From NCBI GenBank assembly GCA_963845065.1, contig CAWJQQ010000009.1:672001-736000 (forward strand): a DNA stretch of 64,000 nt. The letters run 5' to 3'. The stretch comes from Nitrospirota bacterium. GTDB lineage: Bacteria > Nitrospirota > UBA9217. A program made the translations under genes and the position numbers. A model generated the notes under the pieces. The model was not told the origin of the DNA and searched no databases. It saw only the letters and a program-made list of their open reading frames with translations. Positions 42,511 through 51,553 of this stretch are shown here, piece by piece; the stretch's first letter is position 1, and each line of letters starts with the position of its first letter.

Positions 42511-43140
42511 ATGATAAATGCAAATGGTATTACCGTATATGAAAACTTGATAGAAATAGTCGATCCCCGTCATTCGTGTCTCATCGTCTGGGATGTTCAA
42601 AATGGACTTGTAGACCGAATATTCAATAAGGAAGAGTTCATAGGCAATTTAAAACGTTTTGTGGAGATCTTGAGAAATAAATTGCCTGTTGCCTATACCC
42701 TGATAACTCCCACTCCGAGGGAGTTTCAGTCATCCTGGGGCATATTTAATATGATGCGGCGCTTTAATGTCAAGGAAGTAGACAAGTTGCCTAATTTCAT
42801 GCCCCCGGGTTCGCGAGAAAGAGAGATACCTGAGGCTGTAAAGCCGGCGAAAGGAGATCTCCTTCTTGATAAGGCGACGGCAAGCATTTTCATCGGAACA
42901 AATTTCGAGAATATGATGCGGAACAGGCATATAACGACGCTGATATTCACAGGCATTGCAACCGAGGCCGGGATCGAGTCATCTGCGCGTGATGCGTCAA
43001 ATAGAGGATTTTACCCGGTGGTTGTTTCCGATTGCGTGTCTTCGATGGACAAAGATGCGCATGGGCGATCGTTGAAAAATCTTGAAAAAGTAGCTATTGT
43101 AGAAAGCTCGTCAGGAATAGTAGATAGTATTGGACGTTAG
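42511..43140 (+). CDS. Isochorismatase-family hydrolase
   Basis: IVWDVQN, K..ASIFIGT, TGIATEAGIESSARDA (Gly at the usual catalytic Cys). Confidence 0.85.
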   Translation: MINANGITVYENLIEIVDPRHSCLIVWDVQNGLVDRIFNKEEFIGNLKRFVEILRNKLPVAYTLITPTPREFQSSWGIFNMMRRFNVKEVDKLPNFMPPGSREREIPEAVKPAKGDLLLDKATASIFIGTNFENMMRNRHITTLIFTGIATEAGIESSARDASNRGFYPVVVSDCVSSMDKDAHGRSLKNLEKVAIVESSSGIVDSIGR

Positions 43141-43215
43141 GCCATCATAAAGTATTTTGTGTATGAGAGTATTGATTACATCTATCTACAAATATGTGAA
43201 TAGGTGGGATCTTTC

Positions 43216-43881
43216 ATGGATATCATTGATGCTATAAACACACGGTTTACCGTCCGCGCTTTTAAGCCTGTCCCCATCGACCGCAACACGCTCGAAAAAG
43301 TCATTGAGGCGGCACTCAGAGCGCCTTCCTGGGGCAATACCCAACCATGGGAGGTCTACATAGCTGGCGGCGATGTCTTGAACAGACTGCGCGAGGCATA
43401 TATTGCGAACCTTAAAAACTGCGTTGCGCGAAACCCCGATCTTGCCGCGCCTAAGCAATGGCCGTTACCACTCCAAAAACGGATGGAGGCCATGCGATCC
43501 GAACGCATGGAAACTCTTGAGCGGGTCTGCCTGGACAAATCCGAACTCAAGGATCTGTCGGAAATGAATTATCATTTCTTTCATGCTCCGGTGGTCGCGT
43601 ATATTTGCATGGATCGCACACTTACCTCCTGGTCGATTTTCGACCTGGGCCTATTTTCTCAAAGCCTTATGTTGGCGGCGTGTCACTTCGGCCTCGATTC
43701 AGCTACGGCAGTAACCCTTGTTGCCCATCCTGACCTGATCAGGAAGGAACTGAAAATCCCGGATGACCTGTCGATCATCATCGGAATAGCGCTCGGGTAT
43801 GCGGATGCCGAACATCCGCAGAACAAATATCGAACGCATCGGCGGTCCGTTCAGGAAGCGGTCACGTTCAAGGGGATTTAG
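43216..43881 (+). CDS. Nitroreductase family protein
   Basis: RFTVRAF, APSWGNTQPW, FFHAP, GIALGY. Confidence 0.9.
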   Translation: MDIIDAINTRFTVRAFKPVPIDRNTLEKVIEAALRAPSWGNTQPWEVYIAGGDVLNRLREAYIANLKNCVARNPDLAAPKQWPLPLQKRMEAMRSERMETLERVCLDKSELKDLSEMNYHFFHAPVVAYICMDRTLTSWSIFDLGLFSQSLMLAACHFGLDSATAVTLVAHPDLIRKELKIPDDLSIIIGIALGYADAEHPQNKYRTHRRSVQEAVTFKGI

Positions 43882-44082
43882 TGTATGTGCGTATCGTTCT
43901 GGCATATAGGCTGTTGATGTATCCTGTTGCTAATAAAGAAGACGTATGCTAAGTCTGAAAATTATAAATTAATGGAATAGGTGAATCTACTTTGTAGCTG
44001 GTACTGCAGAAGCTTTCACCACTGCCTTGATATATTCACTGCGCATTTTTTCGGTATTTGCTATCTAATAGAGGTTGAACGT

Positions 44083-45150
44083 ATGTCGAAAGTCATGATC
44101 TATCCTGCCAGTTATGATAATGTCCTTGATGCCGTTGAATGGGCATTTGAACTCTTTCCTGTAGCGTTATCGGGGAAAAAAGTCCTGATAAAGCCAAACG
44201 TTCTTCGAAGCTCAGAAGCAAAGGAGGGAATCGTCACCAATCCTGCTGTTCTACGCGCCGTCGTGGAAAAGGTGGAAACAATGGGCCCCGCCTCCATTAT
44301 TGTGGGAGATAATCCAGGCTTGGTCAGTTACGGTGCAAACGAAGAGAGCTTTACCAAGACGGGCCTGATGGAAGCGGCCAAAGGTTACTATCAGAACATC
44401 GGAAATGATTCTCAAAAGGTTGCCTTCAATCCCAAATATATGTCTACCGTCAGCATTTCCCGGGCCGTGCTGGAAGCTGATATTATCATTAGTCTGCCTA
44501 AATTCAAAACGCACGGTTTGACCGTTGTGACCGGAGCAATTAAGAACAGTTACGGTTTATTGCCAGGTGCGCAGAAAGCCATGCTACACAAGACTGCCGG
44601 GAACCCGACAAATTTTAACGAGTTAGTGGTCGAGGTATTTCAGCTCCGAGTACCGGATTTGTTCATTGTCGACGCTGTAGTCGGAATGGAAGGCAATGGT
44701 CCGGCTTCCCCCGACCTCAGAAATATCGGAGTAATCCTTGCTTCTGACAATGCTGTTGCCGTTGACGCAGTTATTGCGACTATGATGGGCTGCGACCCTG
44801 GGCGACTGCGTTTCCTTCAGAAAGCGAAAGAGGCTGGTCTGGGCGACTATGACCTCAGTACGATTGAAATCATCGGGGAGCTGAAACGCTTGCCCGATTT
44901 CAAGCTACCCCCACTGGGTGGTGAAGCAGTATTCCACAATGAGGCCATGCAGTCACTGATCCATACGCGGGCAGCATTTCGTCCTCAGGCTGATCCCGAG
45001 AAGTGCACGAGCTGCGGTACTTGCGTTGATCATTGTCCAGTATCGGCTTTATCCATGGTTGGGAATATCCCACAGGTGAATGCCGACATTTGTATAGCTT
45101 GCTTTTGCTGCCAGGAAATGTGCCCAGAGAAAGCCATTACGCTCCGATGA
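44083..45150 (+). CDS. DUF362 protein with a C-terminal 2x[4Fe-4S] ferredoxin domain
   Basis: VLIKPN, LPKFKTH, TGAIKN, GMEGNGP, CTSCGTCVDHCP, CIACFCCQEMCP. Confidence 0.88.
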   Translation: MSKVMIYPASYDNVLDAVEWAFELFPVALSGKKVLIKPNVLRSSEAKEGIVTNPAVLRAVVEKVETMGPASIIVGDNPGLVSYGANEESFTKTGLMEAAKGYYQNIGNDSQKVAFNPKYMSTVSISRAVLEADIIISLPKFKTHGLTVVTGAIKNSYGLLPGAQKAMLHKTAGNPTNFNELVVEVFQLRVPDLFIVDAVVGMEGNGPASPDLRNIGVILASDNAVAVDAVIATMMGCDPGRLRFLQKAKEAGLGDYDLSTIEIIGELKRLPDFKLPPLGGEAVFHNEAMQSLIHTRAAFRPQADPEKCTSCGTCVDHCPVSALSMVGNIPQVNADICIACFCCQEMCPEKAITLR

Positions 45151-45226
45151 ACGCAAGATATGTTCGGTCATGTCATGTAAGTGCGTAGCAAGACTTGTCA
45201 TCTTTATCTAAGGGAGAATACACAAC

Positions 45227-45877
45227 GTGAAACTAATCGCCATCAACGGTAGTCCAAGAAAAAGCTGGAATACGGCAACGCTACTGAAAAAAACAATTGA
45301 AGGGGCGCAGGCCGCAGGAGCGGAAACCGAGTTGATCCATCTCTATGATCTCGCCTTCAAAGGCTGCACGAGTTGTTTCTCGTGTAAATTGATCGACTCG
45401 CCCAACAAGGGAAAATGCGCCATGAAAGACGAACTCACCCCTGTTTTAAAAATGATCGAGGACCAAGCCGATGCAGTGGTGCTGGGAACTCCGGTCTATT
45501 TTGGGTCCATGTCCGGAGAGTTGAAATCATGCATGGAACGCCTTCTCTTTGCCCCTCTTGTGTATTCTCAGCCTTCACGATCCCTTTTCCCGCGCAAAGT
45601 ACGGACTGCGATGATCTACACGATGAATGTTTCCGAGGAAATGAGCGCGCAGATCGGCTACCATGCAATGATGAGCGCAACAGAAGCATCTTTAAAGAGG
45701 ATCTTCGGTGAGGTCGAAACCTTGTGCAGCTATGACACGTATCAGTTCCCTGACTATTCAAAAGTCATCATGGAGCACTTTGATCCTGAGAAGAAGGCTT
45801 TGAGACGTAAAGAAATATTCCCCGTTGACTGTCAGAAAGCCTTCGATTTGGGCCATCGCTTTGCCACAAAAGGATAA
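45227..45877 (+). CDS. Iron-sulfur flavoprotein / NADPH-dependent FMN reductase family
   Basis: NGSPRKSWNT, CTSCFSC...C, GTPVYFG. Confidence 0.88.
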   Translation: MKLIAINGSPRKSWNTATLLKKTIEGAQAAGAETELIHLYDLAFKGCTSCFSCKLIDSPNKGKCAMKDELTPVLKMIEDQADAVVLGTPVYFGSMSGELKSCMERLLFAPLVYSQPSRSLFPRKVRTAMIYTMNVSEEMSAQIGYHAMMSATEASLKRIFGEVETLCSYDTYQFPDYSKVIMEHFDPEKKALRRKEIFPVDCQKAFDLGHRFATKG

Positions 45878-46104
45878 ACATGACTTACTACATGAAGGGA
45901 TGAATTAACGAGTCACTTGGAAAGGCGCAAGTCGAATTAATGTCATCTATCCTATCAGTCATTCTAAAGCAGAACGCACTTGCGTTCGACGATGATTTTG
46001 CATATTTTGCATCGTTCTTTGCGCAATATGCTCTTATATAGAGGGAACATAAATCTCGACGGGGCACGATGACCTGAGCCACCTGTGCCCCCTCAGGAGG
46101 AGCA

Positions 46105-47100
46105 ATGAACTACATCAATCTTGGCAAGACCGGACTCAAAGTTTCCCGCATTTGTCTCGGCTGCATGAGCTATGGAGCGCCTGCTATCGGTGAACTTAAA
46201 CCTGGCAGACATGCCTGGACTCTGAACGAAGAAGAGAGCGGACCCTTCTTTCGTCAGGCGCTTAATCTCGGGATTAACTTCTTTGACACTGCGAATGTCT
46301 ACTCAGGCGGTGCTAGCGAAGAGGTTCTTGGACGGTTTCTGAAAGCCAACGTCCGTCGCGAAGCCGTCGTCATCGCCACCAAGGTCCACAGCGTCATGCG
46401 CGACGAACCCAACGGCCGAGGTCTCTCCCGTAAAGCCATCTTTTATGAACTCGACCAGAGTCTCCTCCGTTTGCAGACCGACTATGTGGACCTCTACCAA
46501 ATTCACCGCTGGGATTACGAAACGCCGATCGAAGAAACGCTCGAAGCGCTGCATGATGTGGTGAAATCCGGCAAGGTGCGTTATATAGGCGCCTCATCTA
46601 TGCATGCATGGCAGCTCACTAAAGCTCTTTATCTGGCCGACCTTCACGGCTGGACCCGTTTCGTTTCCATGCAGGATCATTACAACCTGCTTTATCGTGA
46701 AGAGGAGCGCGAAATGATCCCCCTTTGCCAGTCCGAAGGAATTGGTGTCATTCCCTGGAGCCCTCTCGCGCGCGGTCGCCTAGCTCGTCCGTGGCTAAGC
46801 GAGCATACCAAACGCTATGAAACGGACCAGTTCGGGAAGAGCATGTACTCGCATACCGAAGAAATTGACCATAAGGTTGTGGACCGCTTGGGTCAGATCG
46901 CAGAACGACGTGGAGTTCCCCGTGCTCAGCTCGCTCTCGCCTGGCTACTCAGCAAGCCGGTCACCGCTCCTATTGTTGGCGCAACCAAGTCGCATCATCT
47001 ACTGGACGCAGTAGCAGCGCTCGCATTACGTTTGACGCCTGAGGAAATTGCTTCGCTTGAGGAGCCGTATATGCCACATCAAGTGCTCGGCTTCAGTTGA
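46105..47100 (+). CDS. Aldo/keto reductase
   Basis: FFDTANVY, IATK, DLYQIH, YIGASS, PWSPLARG. Confidence 0.93.
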   Translation: MNYINLGKTGLKVSRICLGCMSYGAPAIGELKPGRHAWTLNEEESGPFFRQALNLGINFFDTANVYSGGASEEVLGRFLKANVRREAVVIATKVHSVMRDEPNGRGLSRKAIFYELDQSLLRLQTDYVDLYQIHRWDYETPIEETLEALHDVVKSGKVRYIGASSMHAWQLTKALYLADLHGWTRFVSMQDHYNLLYREEEREMIPLCQSEGIGVIPWSPLARGRLARPWLSEHTKRYETDQFGKSMYSHTEEIDHKVVDRLGQIAERRGVPRAQLALAWLLSKPVTAPIVGATKSHHLLDAVAALALRLTPEEIASLEEPYMPHQVLGFS

Positions 47101-47579
47101 GCCTAAGTCCGGATCCGCCGGCTTGGAATGCGAAGCTGACTTTTTTGTTAATCACCTACGCGAGCGGCAGCTGTGACGTGAACCTTCGTTATATCCCACT
47201 AGACAAACTTCAACTCGGAGAGACTTACTGGTCATGCTCACAGCTGACTAGTCTAAAATATTGAATTCCCCTGCCATCCGCATTTCTTTTAAAACTGATA
47301 AGCATAAATGTTTTTAAAAAATAAAGTTTCGCAGATTGAGTAAAGCAGCTCGAAATCCAAAATAATCTAACCGTGCGGTTCGAATGGCTATTCAACGGAC
47401 CCATAGATAAATACTTTTCTTAATATACTGCAATCGTCTTTCTAGAGCGCCAGTGCAAAATTGTAATAGGCACAGTTAGGAGAGCGAGAATCACCAAAAA
47501 AAATGAAAAACAGTTTAAAGATTTTGGTCAATTGTACCCTCCTGAAACAGAAATTGTTGTAAATATTTTATAATTTTAT

Positions 47580-47716
47580 AAAACCTGTCCTTGAATACCC
47601 AGCAGTTCTACTGATGGGATGAAAAGGACAATCCTGACGAAGTCAGGATAAGAATCTGATTGGTTTTAGGTTCTATCGGTTTTGATGCCCCGCAGCTCTG
47701 CTGCGGGGTAATTCAT
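47580..47716 (+). mobile_element. 137-bp non-autonomous IS200 derivative (MITE/PATE), copy 1
   Basis: Fused left and right ends of the 26012-26570 family; preceded by TTTAT; ends TTCAT. Confidence 0.9.
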
Positions 47717-47770
47717 TTTGTCAAACCTAATTGGTGTCCCAGATGAGTCCCTTTCGTCTGCGCCTATCAA

Positions 47771-48199
47771 TCAATGGATTTGCATGAAGGGAAACTGCGA
47801 TCGTAGGGCTTTGCCCATGTTACAGTCGATTTTACTGATATGAAGTAGGAGCCAGTTCGTGATCCAGTGCCGAATCTCTCGGCATAGTAGCTGGCACTTT
47901 TCCGTACGTTTCAAGTCCTGCTCGAACTCCGTCAAATCTCGGATGAACGACCGGTGAGCTTCCTTGTTATTCCGGTGCAGATCTTCTTCTGTAAGGAGGA
48001 GCCGGTCGAAATACTCCTCTTCGGACCGAAAGTGGTGCAGTGTGTATTCCCGCATGAATTTGATGAGGCGCTTGAGTTCCTCGTCTGGGGCGTCAGCCTC
48101 TGCGGCCGCGAAAAAGAAGTTTGCATGACTGAACAATTCTCTGTGTTGAGCATCCACGTTCTCAATGGATGTTGTGATGGCCAGCGTCCAAACAAGCAT
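47771..48199 (-). CDS. Bacteriohemerythrin
   Basis: W...VDAQHRELF, YTLHHFRSEE, H...AH, WLLLHISKID. Confidence 0.88.
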   Translation of the reverse strand: MLVWTLAITTSIENVDAQHRELFSHANFFFAAAEADAPDEELKRLIKFMREYTLHHFRSEEEYFDRLLLTEEDLHRNNKEAHRSFIRDLTEFEQDLKRTEKCQLLCREIRHWITNWLLLHISKIDCNMGKALRSQFPFMQIH

Positions 48200-49428
48200 A
48201 ACCCACCTCTCCTTTACCTGTGATGCTACTGTTATAATGGCAATTTCTGAGCCATATAGACAACAGCCATATATCGCAGCCTTCCTATTTGAGCATTAAA
48301 CGATCAATAAAAACCAGTGCATCTGCTCAAAAAATATCACATTAACTTCTATGCTTAAAAGTTATCATAATCTTCACTTTATTATTATCGGATTATTTTT
48401 AAAAAAACTTTAGATATTAAAGGCAGTAAGAGAAAAACTTTTTTTTGTATAGTCACACAATGAGTATTTTGGTAAGCACGGAACCTATTAAATGAAAAGC
48501 TCTCAGAAAGTGTTCATCTCACTTCCGAGTTCATGTGTAATTTACAAAATACATCTTTTGCGACCATCGTCGTATCCCACCTATTGCCATCCTGCTCCTT
48601 TGATAACGCATGAAATTGTGAATACATTCCGTCTTTTAGTTTGTATTAAATTTATAAAGGTATAATTTCCAACTTCTCTATATCCTTCAATTATCTCTAA
48701 TAATATTATAGTTTCAAGATAATATTACGATAAGACTATTGTATATTGATGACTTATGTTTTCTATGACGATAGATTAATTATGTTGAAGGCAGAAAGTT
48801 AAGCATAAGATTTAAGCGTGAGCTCAAAAAAATGGATGGGTTAGCACTTAAATTCATTTATTACGATACATAGTGGTAATAATCAAGTCTTTGTGATGAC
48901 CATTCGGTAGTCGGTTGATTGGCTTGTGAATCATATCTATAAGTCCGATAAGGCCTGGCTCAATATCTTCAATAATGAGTTCTGCCAGATTCTGGCGCTT
49001 AAAACTATTTATTCGAATCCAAATATTTAACGAGAGGAAAGCGGATCTAAAGCTTGTAAAACTTGTCTCCCAAGGGTAACTCGACAAAAACAGTCGTGTC
49101 TGAAGTACGTGTTCCAGCAATCTTCGACCCACATTTAACGCTTGTTTCGTCAGTTGAAATTACGGACGAGGTGTTCGCTAGAGGAACAGTGAATTATCAG
49201 AATTGAATAATATGGGCTTAATCATTCAGCGCATAACACTTCCTAGCCTGGTTATATCTGAAGCATGAATATTTATTAAACTCGTTTCGCTCGATTCACC
49301 TTTGAGGTATTTACCCCGCAGGTAGGCAAGGGGGATGTTTCGTGCCTCCCTGACAAAATGTTGCAAAAGAAATCATTATAGTCAGACTCAACCCTAACAT
49401 GATTCATCTTAAAAGAGAGAGGATGTAA

Positions 49429-51051
49429 ATGTTATCGCTAGTATTAAACCAGACCTCCTATCAAATAAGCCCGTTTGCGCTTCCAGTACTTTTCGTGGGA
49501 GCAGCGCTTGTCGTCTTGGGATTTTATGTCGCGGTCCACGAACGCAGATCGCGAATCGGAATAATTTTTTTTCTTTTTGACATTACAGTCAGCCTCTATT
49601 TGATTGGAATGGGTATCAATTACTCCGCCCGCGATGCCAATGTAGCGATGTTCTGGATTAAGATCGCCCATATAGGTCTGCTTTTTATACCCAGTACGGC
49701 TCTTTACCTAACAGTAATGCGCCTACAGTTGACCCATCGTCATCGTTTTCTTACCTTAGGTGTTTTTGTTCTGTCCTTCCTTCTTGTCCTTTCATCATTT
49801 CGCAACAAATTTCTACTGAAGGGTGTCGATCTTTTTTTCTGGGGATACTACGGCCAGTACGGTACAATGGGGTTTGTGACTTTACTGTTTGTAATCACTG
49901 TGATGGCCTATGTCTTGAATCTCTACTGGCAAGAATACCGGCTGAGCAAAACCGAAAAGCAAAAGAAGAGATTTCGTGGAATATTTATCGCATTTAGCAT
50001 AGGCACGCTTGCCGTAGTTGACGTCATCCCCACGTTCGGAATTGGGTTCTATCCCTTCGGATACATCCCGATGTTTATTTTTCTCGTCATCATGGCTTAT
50101 GTCATTACGCATTATCATCTCGCTGATATCTCACCCGAATCCGCTGCAAGTCAGATCCTAGAAATGATGCAGGGTGCTGTAATCGTTGTCGACATGGAGG
50201 ATAGAATTCGGGTAGTAAACCGCGTTGCTCTGGAATTACTCGGGTGCGAGAAGGCCGACCTGCTAAACAAGGATCTAGTTTCGGTGATCGATCTCAAGAC
50301 CAACGGAAAAGGTAGTCGTGGCGCCCATGAAGATATCCGTTCGCTTGAAATGATCTGGATCGCCAAGAACGGTCAGCAACACGAGGTCGAAGTTTCTTCG
50401 TCTCCCATTACCGACGTTCGCGACAATGCTAGAATAGGTTTTGTATTCGTCGCTCACGACATCACGAAGAGAAAGCAAACAGAGCAGCGACTTGAACAGC
50501 TTGCGCTGTACGATGCGCTAACTGGGCTGCCCAATCGTGTACTGTTCTACGAACGGATGGGTCAGCTTCTAGCGCTGGCGAAGCGAAATAGGAATGTTCT
50601 CGCGATTCTTTATATGGATCTGGACCGGTTCAAGGCCATCAACGATACGCTAGGGCATAAAGTCGGCGATGCCTTGCTGTCCCAGGTGTCGCAACGGATG
50701 AAGGCTTCCATCCGCAGCTCGGATACCATTGCTCGGATGGGCGGGGATGAATTCATAGGTGTATGCGGTTTTATTACAGCACCCGGGGATGCGGCAACAG
50801 TTGCTGAAAAAATCATAAAAATCCTCTCGGAGCCTTTTTTCATCAAGGGCAATGAATGTTGCATAGGAGTAAGTGTCGGCATTAGTCTGTATCCCCAGGA
50901 TGGCGACGATGTCGAATCGCTCGTATCAAAGGCCGATGCCGCCATGTATCGCGTTAAGGAAAACGGAAAAGGTTGCTACCAATATTATAGCGATACCCGG
51001 CCAGGTCGCTTAACTGTGATTGACGGTTCCGTCAGCAAGAATATCGTTTAA
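49429..51051 (+). CDS. Diguanylate cyclase with a 7TM (HisKA_7TM-like) input domain and PAS
   Basis: Seven hydrophobic segments, PAS (HDITKRK), DALTGLPNR, RMGGDEF; no RxxD I-site. Confidence 0.92.
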   Translation: MLSLVLNQTSYQISPFALPVLFVGAALVVLGFYVAVHERRSRIGIIFFLFDITVSLYLIGMGINYSARDANVAMFWIKIAHIGLLFIPSTALYLTVMRLQLTHRHRFLTLGVFVLSFLLVLSSFRNKFLLKGVDLFFWGYYGQYGTMGFVTLLFVITVMAYVLNLYWQEYRLSKTEKQKKRFRGIFIAFSIGTLAVVDVIPTFGIGFYPFGYIPMFIFLVIMAYVITHYHLADISPESAASQILEMMQGAVIVVDMEDRIRVVNRVALELLGCEKADLLNKDLVSVIDLKTNGKGSRGAHEDIRSLEMIWIAKNGQQHEVEVSSSPITDVRDNARIGFVFVAHDITKRKQTEQRLEQLALYDALTGLPNRVLFYERMGQLLALAKRNRNVLAILYMDLDRFKAINDTLGHKVGDALLSQVSQRMKASIRSSDTIARMGGDEFIGVCGFITAPGDAATVAEKIIKILSEPFFIKGNECCIGVSVGISLYPQDGDDVESLVSKADAAMYRVKENGKGCYQYYSDTRPGRLTVIDGSVSKNIV

Positions 51052-51079
51052 AACATGTGGAGTTTCATTTTTTAAAATT

Positions 51080-51235
51080 GCGGTTATTGTCGATCCTGCG
51101 GTAAAGGCGTTAGTATCAAGCGGATATTCTGAGGATGCTGCCACGACAAACTATGAAAAGGAAGGATTCAAGGCTTTTCTGGACAAACCTTATACCCTTG
51201 ATGCTCTCAGAGAAGTCATAAACAAGGTGTTTAAT
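51080..51235 (+). pseudogene. Orphan C-terminal half of a receiver domain
   Basis: DPAVKALVSSGYSED...GFKAFLDKPY parallels DSNVKAVVSSGYSDD...GFKACLKKPY at the end of the next gene. Confidence 0.7.
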
Positions 51236-51553
51236 ATTCGAAGCCGGTTTGAGGGCAGCATCGTGCGGTGAGATCTGAAAAATAGTAGAGATTCACCATG
51301 AGGGCTGTGTCCCAATTAAATTGCAGAATATCGATTGGAACATACAGCAAATAACCTTCATGTATTCTGCAGCACTGCGAGATATTAAAATTACATAGAT
51401 TGTCTCGAATTAATGGCCCCACAATCGCCTGGGTTGTATATAATTTTTCGTCTGATGCTTTAATATTTGCTAAAGTGCTTAATTTATGACAAACACACAT
51501 TATAAAAACGTGATGAGTCTCGGTTCCTTTCATGAAAGTTTAGTGGAGGACTT

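Noticed and set aside
48250..49400. AT-rich spacer with short ORFs
   Set aside because: No motif, repeat or structure I could support.
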